Shown here in pieces: positions 42,088-53,107 of a DNA stretch of 64,000 nt. How positions within the stretch are numbered: the stretch's first letter is position 1; each line of letters begins with the position of its first letter. The position numbers and the translations under genes were made by a program. The notes under the pieces are model-generated. The model ran no database searches, had not been told where the DNA came from, and saw nothing but the letters and a program-made list of their open reading frames with translations. The stretch is from Calditrichia bacterium (GTDB taxonomy: Bacteria; Calditrichota; Calditrichia; JAJRVZ01), in NCBI GenBank assembly GCA_963777955.1, contig CAVZSQ010000022.1:416001-480000 (forward strand), given 5' to 3'.

Positions 42088-42733
42088 AGAAATCCTGGAA
42101 TTAATCTGGACCATGGGCGAAGAAGGAATCACTGCCGTGAATCAGATCATACAGCACAGCGGGGAGAAAGATACCGAAAAAATACTGTCGACCCTGAAGC
42201 GCCAGCATCTGATCACACTGCCGGAAGAACAGGTCCTGTTGACCACGGCCGGTGAAAAATATGCGGAAAAAATTGTCCGGCGCCATCGTTTGGCCGAACG
42301 CCTGTTCAAAGATGTTTTCAAGATCGCCGAAGGCTTGATGGAAAAGGAAGCCTGTACCTGGGAACATGTACTGAGTGAAGAAGTTACCGATAGTGTCTGT
42401 TCATTTCTGGGCCACCCCAAAGTCTGCCCGCATAATAAACCTATTCCCCCGGGGAATTGTTGTTTTACCTACACATCTGAAAAATCAATAGCACCGCTGG
42501 TACAACCCCTGTCAATCGCCAAGGTCGGCAGTAAAGTAAAAGTCGCCTATATTCTGCCGGGACTGTTGCGCAGGTTGGATCGATTGACAACCATGGGTAT
42601 CTTCCCCGGAGCTATTATCGGCATCAAACAGAAGCAACCGGCGCTGGTGGTAACCTGCCAGGAAACGACTATTGCCCTGGATAAGGCAGTCGGGATGGAG
42701 ATCTTTGTGATTGGGGTGAATGAGGAGGGATAA
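42068..42733 (+). CDS. DtxR/MntR-family metal-dependent regulator with C-terminal FeoA domain
   Basis: EEILELIW, RRHRLAERLF, EACTWEHVLS, CPHNKPIPPG, then RLTTMGIFPG...IALDK (FeoA/SH3-like). Confidence 0.88.
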   Translation: MSQQMNEEILELIWTMGEEGITAVNQIIQHSGEKDTEKILSTLKRQHLITLPEEQVLLTTAGEKYAEKIVRRHRLAERLFKDVFKIAEGLMEKEACTWEHVLSEEVTDSVCSFLGHPKVCPHNKPIPPGNCCFTYTSEKSIAPLVQPLSIAKVGSKVKVAYILPGLLRRLDRLTTMGIFPGAIIGIKQKQPALVVTCQETTIALDKAVGMEIFVIGVNEEG

Positions 42734-42787
42734 TACAATTTTTAATTCCTCCTTGAACCATATGATTTAGACTATTATTTTTGTACG

Positions 42788-43552
42788 ATGAAATTCATAT
42801 GTGTCATACCCGCCCGATATGGATCCACCCGTTTTCCCGGAAAACCACTGGCGCGCATCGCCGGTTCACCCATGATCGAATGGGTTTACAAGCGCGCTGC
42901 ACAGGTGAAATTATTCGAAAAAGTTATTGTGGCCACCGATGATCCCCGTATCCTGCAAACGGTACATGATTTTGGCGGTCAGGCCGAATTGACTCCGGCA
43001 GAGTTACCCTCCGGTACCGATCGTGTTGCTTATCTGGCCCGCAAAACTGATGCAGATGTGTATGTAAATTTACAGGGTGATGAACCGCTGATTGCCCCGC
43101 AATTATTGACTGATGTCTGTACGCCTTATTCCGATCAGGCCGTGCTGATGACAACTGCTGTCAGTAAAATAAATTCTGTTAAAGAACTGACCGATCCCAA
43201 TCTGGTACGGGTTGTGCTTGATAAACAGGGTAATGCTCTATATTTTTCCCGCGCGGTTCTGCCCTATTTACGGGATCAAACCGATATTAAAAAATGGTTC
43301 AAACAGCATGTATTTTACAAGCATATCGGCATCTATGCATATCGCAGAGATTTTCTGCTGCAACTTTCGGATTTGCCCCAGGGCAGTCTTGAACAGGCGG
43401 AGCGACTGGAGCAATTGCGCGTCCTGGAAAATGGCTTTAAAATAAAAACCGTTTTAACCGCCTATAATTCGCTCTGTGTCGATACACCCGAGGATTTACA
43501 TCAGATTGAGAATTTCATTAAATTAAATAAACTACAGATTGAGTCCAATTAA
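42788..43552 (+). CDS. kdsB: 3-deoxy-manno-octulosonate cytidylyltransferase
   Basis: IPARYGSTRFPGKPL, SGTDR, NLQGDEP, HIGIYAY, EQLRVLENG, VDTPED. Confidence 0.97.
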   Translation: MKFICVIPARYGSTRFPGKPLARIAGSPMIEWVYKRAAQVKLFEKVIVATDDPRILQTVHDFGGQAELTPAELPSGTDRVAYLARKTDADVYVNLQGDEPLIAPQLLTDVCTPYSDQAVLMTTAVSKINSVKELTDPNLVRVVLDKQGNALYFSRAVLPYLRDQTDIKKWFKQHVFYKHIGIYAYRRDFLLQLSDLPQGSLEQAERLEQLRVLENGFKIKTVLTAYNSLCVDTPEDLHQIENFIKLNKLQIESN

Positions 43553-45184
<1,632 letters not shown>

Positions 45185-45225
45185 AGAAGAGGTTTGGCCT
45201 GAACGAGCGCAGGAAATTCTTTTTA

Positions 45226-46170
45226 TTGTTTTATGGCCCTAAGTCTGCAACAGCTGATCTGAATATTGAATATCTGACGGCCCAGGGTATTCGGCTGCTG
45301 TTTGCCGAGGATATGAAAACCGCCCTGGCTATCATGAAAAAAAATGTAGTGTCTACAGTATTGACTGTACATCAACAGGCACACGAATATGACGGTTCCT
45401 TTTTCCGTTATATAATGGGACAATACCCGAGTACTCAGCGGATCCTGTTATCACCTGTTGTAGACAAAGAGTTGATGGAGAAGGCAATCAATAAAACGCA
45501 TATCAACTATTTTCTACACCTGCCGGTACCGTTTGAGGATTTAGGCACGATCATAAAAAAATCATTCAAGCGTTACGATACTCTTGCTTCTCCTTACAAG
45601 AAAATTAATGAACTTAAGGAATATGTCCTAAAATTCAGGCACGAGGCGCAAACTGATACATTGACTCACTTGCTCAACCGCCGCGCTTTCATGAGTATTA
45701 TCAATCAGGCCTTGAAATTATTCCAGAGTAATCGCGATCCCTTTTCACTGGTTATGCTGGACCTGGATCATTTCAAACAATTGAACGATCAGTACGGGCA
45801 CCAGGCCGGGGACAAGGTATTGAGTATCTTCGGTGAACTGATTCACCGCAATACCCGGTCCGAAGACTCAGCTTTCAGATATGGCGGGGAAGAATTTGCG
45901 ATAATCACCCAGATGGCCTCGGTGGAAAATGTAAAAAGTTTTGTGGAAAGAATATTAAATGAAACCAGAGAAACAATAATTCATTACGAAAAGCAGCAAA
46001 TCCGCTTCACCTTCAGCGCCGGGATAGCCGGTATGGAAAAGTACGTAACCCGCCGGGAACTAATTCAGAGGGCCGATGCGGCACTTTATGCCGCCAAGCG
46101 ACAGGGCCGCAACCGGATCCTGATTTTTGACCAGGCAATGCCGGATGAGTTTAAACATCAAGCGAAATAA
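45226..46170 (+). CDS. Diguanylate cyclase (degenerate receiver-like domain + GGDEF); exact start uncertain
   Basis: TDTLTHLLNRR, DLDHFKQLNDQYGHQAGD, RSED (RxxD I-site) followed by RYGGEEF, AKRQGRNR. Confidence 0.9.
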   Translation: MFYGPKSATADLNIEYLTAQGIRLLFAEDMKTALAIMKKNVVSTVLTVHQQAHEYDGSFFRYIMGQYPSTQRILLSPVVDKELMEKAINKTHINYFLHLPVPFEDLGTIIKKSFKRYDTLASPYKKINELKEYVLKFRHEAQTDTLTHLLNRRAFMSIINQALKLFQSNRDPFSLVMLDLDHFKQLNDQYGHQAGDKVLSIFGELIHRNTRSEDSAFRYGGEEFAIITQMASVENVKSFVERILNETRETIIHYEKQQIRFTFSAGIAGMEKYVTRRELIQRADAALYAAKRQGRNRILIFDQAMPDEFKHQAK

Positions 46171-46387
46171 ATCAACTTTAACTAATACTAATTTCTCTAT
46201 TAAATAAATATATTTTCCTTTACAGAAGTTTCCCGCCATTACCTATTGTTTTTATTTGTCTTATACACTTTAATCCAATCTGCCGTGTAAAATATTAAAA
46301 TATTATTAAAATCATTCGATAATAGTAATAAGCCGGTGAAAGAAAAAAAATCTTGTTAAATTATATATATTACAATAATTTAACCGT

Positions 46388-47305
46388 ATGAATGGCAATA
46401 CCCAGCAGCAATTTTCGATCTGGTCGACTTTCGACAATATTTTAAAGGAAGCCGAGCGCCAATTTTATGAGTATAATTTTGACCAGGCGCTTAAACACTG
46501 GCAGGAATATGCGGAAATTACGGGCGAGAACAGATGGCGGCACGCCTTTAGTGATCTGAAACAATTGCTGGTCGAATACAGTTCGGCAAAATTAACCGAT
46601 CCCCAGCAGTATTTTGAACAATGGCTGCGAATCCGGCGGCGTCTGCATGATAACCAGATCAGTCTCTATGCTTTTGAACGCATGCAACGTTTGTATGCCA
46701 AAGTATTTCTGTCGACCAAGACGACCGTTTCATTTGACCTGGCCACAGGCATATTCTGTTATATCGAGGACAGAACAGACAAAGCCATCGAAAATCTGAA
46801 CGTGGTGATCAACCAGCAGCCCGATAATTTACTGGCCCGCATTTTTCTTAATAAATGTTATTATAAAATGAATGATGCTGAGAATGGTAATGCCTATTTA
46901 ACCCAGGCCTTATTCCTGGGCGGCGATGAAATCGTAGCCGACGACATCGGTTCTGACGAGATAAAAAATCTGCATGGACGGTTGAAATCATTACATGGTA
47001 AGGGCGAAGCGGGTTTGTGGCTGGTGCCTTTTGAGGCGTGGTTCAGAAACTGGCTGGCCTGGAAGGAAGATATATCGTTCTTCCAGGTCATGCAGCAGAA
47101 GGAACGTAATGAACGAATCCTGCAGGTCAAATATTATGCCTCGGAAAAATACCGGCATTTTGTACGCTGCCTGTATATTGCCGAATATGTGCGGCAATTC
47201 ATTGCCAAAGAAAAAGGTATCATCTGGGAACAGGAAGCCTATATGGAGAAACTGGATACCGGCCTGTTCCAGAGATATCGCAAGAAAAGAAAACCACTGG
47301 CCTGA
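46388..47305 (+). CDS. Hypothetical helical/TPR-containing protein
   Basis: 305-aa ORF. AIENLNVVINQQPDNLLARIFLNKCY is TPR-like. Confidence 0.65.
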   Translation: MNGNTQQQFSIWSTFDNILKEAERQFYEYNFDQALKHWQEYAEITGENRWRHAFSDLKQLLVEYSSAKLTDPQQYFEQWLRIRRRLHDNQISLYAFERMQRLYAKVFLSTKTTVSFDLATGIFCYIEDRTDKAIENLNVVINQQPDNLLARIFLNKCYYKMNDAENGNAYLTQALFLGGDEIVADDIGSDEIKNLHGRLKSLHGKGEAGLWLVPFEAWFRNWLAWKEDISFFQVMQQKERNERILQVKYYASEKYRHFVRCLYIAEYVRQFIAKEKGIIWEQEAYMEKLDTGLFQRYRKKRKPLA

Positions 47306-47343
47306 TAATACCTCTTTGTAACGAATATTCCGGTTTTGATAAA

Positions 47344-48024
47344 ATGAAACTTGCAGTAAAAGGCGTTCTGTTTGATCTGGATGGTGTGGTTCTGAAAAGT
47401 ATGGAACAACATCTGCAGGCCTGGCAATTTGCTTTTGATCAGATCGGACTGCACCTGGCCAGGGAAGAATTCTATAAACTGGAAGGTCGCGGTGTTCGTT
47501 CGGTAGTTGATGAATTGGCCAAAAAACACGGGTTGAGTGCTGATATAAAACCCGGGATCATTGAAACAAAAATGGCTTATTATAACCGGATCTATAAACC
47601 CGAATTCTACAGCGGACTCTTCGAACTTCTGGAATTGCTGAAAAAGAAGCTGATCAAAACCGCTATTATTACCGGGGCAAACCGGGCGCGCCTGGATGAA
47701 CTGCTGGCCGGTCATTTAAAAGGATTTTTTGAGACCGCGGTGACCTGCGATGATGTCACCAATACCAAACCGTTTCCCGAGCCTTATCTGAAAGGTGCAA
47801 ACTTACTGCAATTAAATCCGGTCGAATGCCTGGTAATCGAAAATGCACCGCTGGGCATTCGTTCGGCAAAAGAAGCCGGCATGACCGTAATCGCGGTACG
47901 CACCACCCTGCCGGATAAATACCTGCGGCAGGCGGATTATATTGTGGATGATTTGATTGCAGGTGTTGGAGTCAGTGAAGGGGATTTTGATAAAAGAGGG
48001 ATACATAGGTACATAGGCACATAG
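47344..48024 (+). CDS. HAD-superfamily phosphatase (beta-PGM/CbbY-like)
   Basis: FDLDGVV, ITG, KPFPEPY, IENAPLGIRSA. The extreme C-terminus runs into an 8-mer array. Confidence 0.9.
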   Translation: MKLAVKGVLFDLDGVVLKSMEQHLQAWQFAFDQIGLHLAREEFYKLEGRGVRSVVDELAKKHGLSADIKPGIIETKMAYYNRIYKPEFYSGLFELLELLKKKLIKTAIITGANRARLDELLAGHLKGFFETAVTCDDVTNTKPFPEPYLKGANLLQLNPVECLVIENAPLGIRSAKEAGMTVIAVRTTLPDKYLRQADYIVDDLIAGVGVSEGDFDKRGIHRYIGT

Positions 48025-48132
48025 TAAAATAAATAATTAATAATATTACGAATGAGAGGAATAAAATATTATTTTTATTAAGAGTCTGACTGTTTTTTCT
48101 TTGTCCCTTTGTCTCTATGTCGATCTGTCCCT
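47997..48132. repeat. Inverted pair of degenerate 8-mer arrays between convergent genes
   Basis: + strand: ggatacat aggtacat aggcacat. - strand at 48100-48132: agggacag atcgacat agagacaa agggacaa. Confidence 0.65.
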
Positions 48133-48638
48133 TCGTTAATTATCCCCCCAACTTTCTTCGGATACTCATACAGGATTTTCTGCCCGCATTTCTTGCCCAA
48201 TTCGGACCATGCTTTGATTTTTAATCTCAGCCCATAAATACTGCAGGTGGGAAGATTGGAGACCTGCTCATCGGCCAGCTCATTTACCAGGGCGGTCATA
48301 CCGGGATTGTGGCCGACGATCATGACCTGGTCATGTTCATTTTTCAGTGCACTTAGTATATCATAGAGCATAGCAATGGAAGCCAGATATATTTTTGGAT
48401 CAAATAGAATATTTGACGCTGAATATTTTATTTGCTCGCTGATTAAGCGGGCGGTCATCGCAGCGCGGGTGGCCGGACTCGATAACAGCAGATCAGGAAT
48501 TATTTTCTGCTCCTTTAATAATTTACCCAGCATGATCGCATTGCGGTGACCGCGATCAGTGAGCGGCCTTTCGAAATCATCCAGGGCCACCTGATCCCAA
48601 CTCGATTTGGCATGCCTGACGATGTATAAATATTTCAC
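48078..48638 (-). CDS. sixA: SixA-like histidine phosphatase
   Basis: VRHAKSSW, DFERPL, SSPATRA, VGHNPG, PTCS. The true stop may be near 48140 if the G6 run is G5. Confidence 0.88.
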   Translation of the reverse strand: MKYLYIVRHAKSSWDQVALDDFERPLTDRGHRNAIMLGKLLKEQKIIPDLLLSSPATRAAMTARLISEQIKYSASNILFDPKIYLASIAMLYDILSALKNEHDQVMIVGHNPGMTALVNELADEQVSNLPTCSIYGLRLKIKAWSELGKKCGQKILYEYPKKVGGIINEGTDRHRDKGTKKKQSDS

Positions 48639-48805
48639 ATTGTGTTCCTATTTTTGGCTTCCGCTTTATAACATTTTACCTGTCATCAAGCCATTTTTAT
48701 TTTTTGTGAATTACACTAAGTCTATTATAAATCTAAAATCAGATAAATTATTGTAAATAAAATCTTTTTGATAGATTTTAATAGTCTATAGTTAAATGAA
48801 TGATA

Positions 48806-50401
48806 CTATTTCAACATAATTATTTTTTTAATTTCATAATTATTTTGTGTTTTAAATCTTGGTATTGATGTTGTCATTTTTACAAAATAAATACCGCTCG
48901 AAACTAATTGCGCTTCATCATTACTGCCATTCCAAATTAATTCATGTTCACCTTGTGATTGCTCGGCATTGATCAGTGTTCTTATTTTTTGGCCATTTGA
49001 ATTGTATATTTCAATGAATACCAGGCATTTTGAAGGCACGGAATACCTAATCTTTGTTTCCAAATTAAATGGATTGGGATAATTTTGATAAAGCCGGAAT
49101 CCATTCTGCGGATATAAATCTTTATATTTATCTATTTCATTAAGTTTATTTAAGGAATAGATAGTAATTTTGCCTAATGGATTTTCGTAGTTCGGAAATC
49201 CGCGTTCTGCAATAGCGAATTCCTCATAGCCATCATTGTTTATATCACCGATTATTGACATATTTTTTGAGAATTCACCCCAGTGTGTACCTCCGGTTAA
49301 AGTTAAGTCAGGGAATGTGTCTAGAATTTTCCCCCCAAGGAACACATGGGCAATGCCGACCATTTCATTTAATTCATTTGTATAATTTGGATTTCCTAAA
49401 ATCAAATCGTTATGACCGTCATTATTTATATCGCCTCCCGTCCCTACCCGTGGATTACCTGAATTTTCTTTATAACCCCATTTTCTTATATTTATAGCAA
49501 TACAAGTATCAAGCCCAGAATATATATATGCATATCCGTCAGAAGTAATAATAAACTCACTCATGTCATCTTGATTTATATCTCCTGCATTATGAAGTTC
49601 ACTCCCAAAACAAAAATCATTTTCTCGAAATATCCTGTCCGGGATACTATCCATCTGATTACTTCCAAAATTAAGCATCACCCTTCCAGAATCGTCAGAA
49701 GGGAAATCATAAGAAGGTGCGCCAATAATTATATCACTAAATTGGTCATTATTAATATCCCCGATACCACATACTGCCCCACCAAAAAAATTTCCGACTG
49801 TATCACCTAGGAATCTTACAAAAGGGATATTGTTAATATTCTCACTCCCCAGAAAAAGATATGCCCTGCCCATCCCATCAGACCAATTGTATGCAGATCC
49901 AATTAAAAAATCATTATAATTATCACCATTGACATCGCCGACTCCGGCCATAGATGAGCCCAGCTCGTCCTGTATCCATGGTTCAGTAAATTCGAAATCC
50001 GGAATCGTATCCATAGGTGATTCCCCTAAATAAAGCAAGATCCTTCCTTTTGGGAAAATTGTACCCTCGACATATGTTTTAACCAGAATATCATCAAAAC
50101 CGTCATTATTAACATCGCCGGCGCCGGCAATATTGCTGGCGCTGAACCTTAAATCGGCAGTAGTATCAAAAGGAGAACCACCCAAATATAATTTTGCATA
50201 ATGTCCATAAATTGAGCATACAAAAACATCGTCAAATCCATCACCATTGACATCACCTGCTTTTGATACTAATTCTAACTGATCACCGGTTTTTTCACCT
50301 AAGAGTGTCGCCAGAACATAAACACTATCCTGTGAGCAAACACGATTAACTGACGACAAAACAAATAGGAAAGTAAGTATGAGAATTACTAAATTTTTCA
50401 T
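48806..50401 (-). CDS. FG-GAP (integrin-alpha-like) repeat protein with FlgD/T9SS-type C-terminal domain
   Basis: Signal peptide, 7 GDVNGDGFDD-like Ca-binding repeats, then QNYPNPFN...WNGSN...VSSGIYF. AT-rich surroundings. Confidence 0.9.
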   Translation of the reverse strand: MKNLVILILTFLFVLSSVNRVCSQDSVYVLATLLGEKTGDQLELVSKAGDVNGDGFDDVFVCSIYGHYAKLYLGGSPFDTTADLRFSASNIAGAGDVNNDGFDDILVKTYVEGTIFPKGRILLYLGESPMDTIPDFEFTEPWIQDELGSSMAGVGDVNGDNYNDFLIGSAYNWSDGMGRAYLFLGSENINNIPFVRFLGDTVGNFFGGAVCGIGDINNDQFSDIIIGAPSYDFPSDDSGRVMLNFGSNQMDSIPDRIFRENDFCFGSELHNAGDINQDDMSEFIITSDGYAYIYSGLDTCIAINIRKWGYKENSGNPRVGTGGDINNDGHNDLILGNPNYTNELNEMVGIAHVFLGGKILDTFPDLTLTGGTHWGEFSKNMSIIGDINNDGYEEFAIAERGFPNYENPLGKITIYSLNKLNEIDKYKDLYPQNGFRLYQNYPNPFNLETKIRYSVPSKCLVFIEIYNSNGQKIRTLINAEQSQGEHELIWNGSNDEAQLVSSGIYFVKMTTSIPRFKTQNNYEIKKIIMLK

Positions 50402-50773
50402 TATGTTTATTTATAATAATTTTGGTGTCTAACTTTAATAATCACTTTATTCTTAATCAAAACTTTCTTATTACTGGATTTTCTTTTAACTAGATATAAA
50501 AGTAAACATGCACCTAAAACTAAAACACTTTAATTATCTTATACTAACCGACTAAAAGACAAAACTATGATTAAAAGTAGCAGTATGATTCACCTGGCAA
50601 TATTTGAAATAACAGCTTAATATTTATAGTATAATTCAATTAATTATTAAAGCAATAAAAATTTTGAAATAATAAATCTTTGTTCTTTTTCTTTTATCAT
50701 TTTTATTTTGGCTTTTTTCTTTTATCTTTTTAGCGAATATTTATCCATTCTTGTTTAGCAATGGGAGGTCAAG

Positions 50774-52477
50774 ATGCTCAAAAATATCCTGATAAGTCTG
50801 CTCAGCATATTTATTTTATCGGCCAATTTACAGGCAGAGAATTATCTGCTGAACGGCGGACAAAAATCCACGATCAAATATTCCCTGATACAAAAAATTG
50901 ATCCCACTCCCCAGACTGTTACAGTTGACCTGACCTTTGTCATACCACAGACTTTTAAATCAGCCACTTTCAGATCAGGAAATTTCCGGGTTGAAATTCA
51001 ATTTCAGTACAGAACCGGCTAAAAAGAGCGAGAGTGAAGATCAGTACGGTAATAAAATCATCAAATATTCCTGGTTGAACCCCAGGACATCGTTTCAGGC
51101 CGGTGTGGAATTCATGGCTGACAATTCGGTAAGTTTAAAACAACTTGAAACTACAACTCCTTTCCCCCTGGGAAATCTTAATGCCGATTTAAAAAGATAT
51201 TTAACCAGCAGTGAACAGGTGCCGCTGGATAATACCGAGATAAAAGCCAGGGCAGCTGAACTGGTAAAAAATTGTAAAACCGAATTTATGGCGGTCCAGA
51301 ATATACTGACTGGGTTATCGATCACATGCAGTATGTATTAACACCCCCCGAATATGGTGCCCTGTATTCGCTGCAAAGCGGTAGAGGTAATTGTCAGAAT
51401 TATTCACACTTGGCCGCCGCCTTATTGCGCTGCAGCGGTATCCCGGTGCGGATCGTGAACGGTATTACACTTAAAGAACCTTACGATATAAAAGTAGGCA
51501 CTCAGATCCTGACCCTGAACATGGCCCAGGGCAGGCATTCCTGGATTGAAGTATATTTTCCCGACCTGGGTTGGATGCCATTTGATCCGCAGCAGAGCGA
51601 ATTGTTCGTCAGCAACCGTTTCATACGCGTGGAAATCGGTCTGGATAATCAGACAACCGTCAATGACGGACTGGTGCGCTGGACCAGGGAAAAAGGCTCC
51701 CAGGCCTCCCTGGCTTTTGCAGAAAATATCGAAGCGGACTTTTTAGCCGATCAGATTACCATTGATGGCCGCCGCGAAGAATTCGGTCCGCGAAAATTAT
51801 TGCTGGGTCCGGCGGTAACAGCCAATTTTGTTCCTGTAGAGCAGCCGGCAACGCCTAAGGTCGAGAGACCTGCACAAATGGATCAGACCCAACTGCCGCA
51901 ATTGACCTATTCCAAAGCGTTCATATATGGTAATATCGAATTTCCCGAAGGGGTAAATTTTGCTTTTAACCGCGTGGAAAAAGAAAGTGGCGAAGAGGAT
52001 ACCCAGGAGTTACAGAAAAATTTTCTGGTCGAAACGGCTGAATATGTGACCAGTAAATTGCAGTATTGCCAGATTTTTGTGCTGGATAAACCCCTGCGGC
52101 TGGAGAAAATCGGATTGGCCTTACAGAAGTTTGGCGGGCAGGGCCAGTTGTGGCTGGAACTGCGCGAGGATCAGCAGGGACAGCCGGGTCCGGTAGCGGC
52201 CCGTTCCGCCAGTATCGATCTGAATAAACTTTCCTCGAAACCCGGGTATTTCTGGGCGGATTTTGATTTCTCCGGCCAGCAACTGTTATTGACACCGGAC
52301 CGCTATTGGATCTCCCTCTCCTATTCCGGTACTCCGATTGTGAATTGGTTTTACAGTTATGGTAAACCGGTCGGGCCTATTGATGGTACCCGTTACAAAG
52401 AACCTATGGAAACCGGCTGGGGTAAGAGTCTGAGCTATGAATTCAATTACAGGGTGGTGGGATTAACACCTCCGTAA
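50774..52477 (+). CDS. Secreted transglutaminase-like (Cys-His-Asp) protein with extra C-terminal beta domain, two frameshifts
   Basis: Signal peptide ORF 50774, middle ORF 50937, then GRGNCQNYSH and HSWIEVYFPDLGWMPFDP. Confidence 0.82.
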
Positions 52478-52479
52478 GC

Positions 52480-52552
52480 TAAGCACTTAGGCACTTAGGC
52501 ACTTAGGCACTTAGGCACTTAGGCACTTAGGCACTTAGGCACTTAGGCACTA
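52480..52552 (+). repeat. Perfect 8-bp tandem array (GCACTTAG)x8 plus a partial unit
   Basis: Counted directly over 52483-52546, plus GCACTA. Begins just after the TAA at 52475-52477. Confidence 0.97.
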
Positions 52553-52628
52553 TAATAATTAAAACATATAATTTATATAAATTTTAGGTTTATAAAAATA
52601 TTGGTACGATTGTTGTATTATCAGTTCC

Positions 52629-53030
52629 ATGGATAAGATTGAAAATGGAAAGTCAACCAGGATAAATACGTTTAGAGATTTAATTGTATGGCGTAAGGCC
52701 ATCGATTTTGTCACTTCTATTTATAAATTGACCACTTCTTTTCCCGCAAATGAGTTATATGGATTGTCATTACAAATACGCAGATGTGCGGTTTCAATAC
52801 CGAGTAATATCGCTGAAGGGTATGGACGAAGATCGACAAAGGATTATATTCGATTTCTCAATATTGCCATGGGATCGATATATGAATTACAAACTCAACT
52901 TGAAATAGGCTTGAATTTAAATTTTATTTCTAAATCGAACTATGAGTCTAATTATAAAAAAATCCGGGAAATTGAAATTATATTAAGATCATTAATAACC
53001 AAAATTCACCAATCAAACTTAATTACTTAA
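52629..53030 (+). CDS. Four helix bundle protein (23S rRNA IVP / TIGR02436-like)
   Basis: FRDLIVWRKA, FPANELYGLSLQIRRCAVSIPSNIAEGYGR, FLNIAMGSIYELQTQL. Confidence 0.93.
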   Translation: MDKIENGKSTRINTFRDLIVWRKAIDFVTSIYKLTTSFPANELYGLSLQIRRCAVSIPSNIAEGYGRRSTKDYIRFLNIAMGSIYELQTQLEIGLNLNFISKSNYESNYKKIREIEIILRSLITKIHQSNLIT

Positions 53031-53053
53031 TTTAGTATCTGGATGTTTTTCTT

Positions 53054-53107
53054 CCTAAGTGCCAAGTGCCTAAGTGCCTTATTCGTCTCTCTGTCTCTTT
53101 GTCACTT
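53054..53107 (-). repeat. Inverted copy of the GCACTTAG array (3 units), followed by an AGAGACAA-type array
   Basis: cctaagtg ccaagtg cctaagtgcc abuts the stop of the convergent gene. tcgtctctctgtctctttgtcactt follows. Confidence 0.88.

Noticed and set aside
48790..50432. Integron cassette around the FG-GAP gene (GTTAGAC before the ATG and ATTTAAC after the stop on the - strand)
   Set aside because: The two heptamers are imperfect complements, no attC stem with a closing GTTRRRY is visible, there is no integrase, and such 7-mers arise by chance in AT-rich DNA.
52480..52552. CRISPR array
   Set aside because: Contiguous 8-bp units with no spacers and no cas genes. The same applies to the other short arrays.
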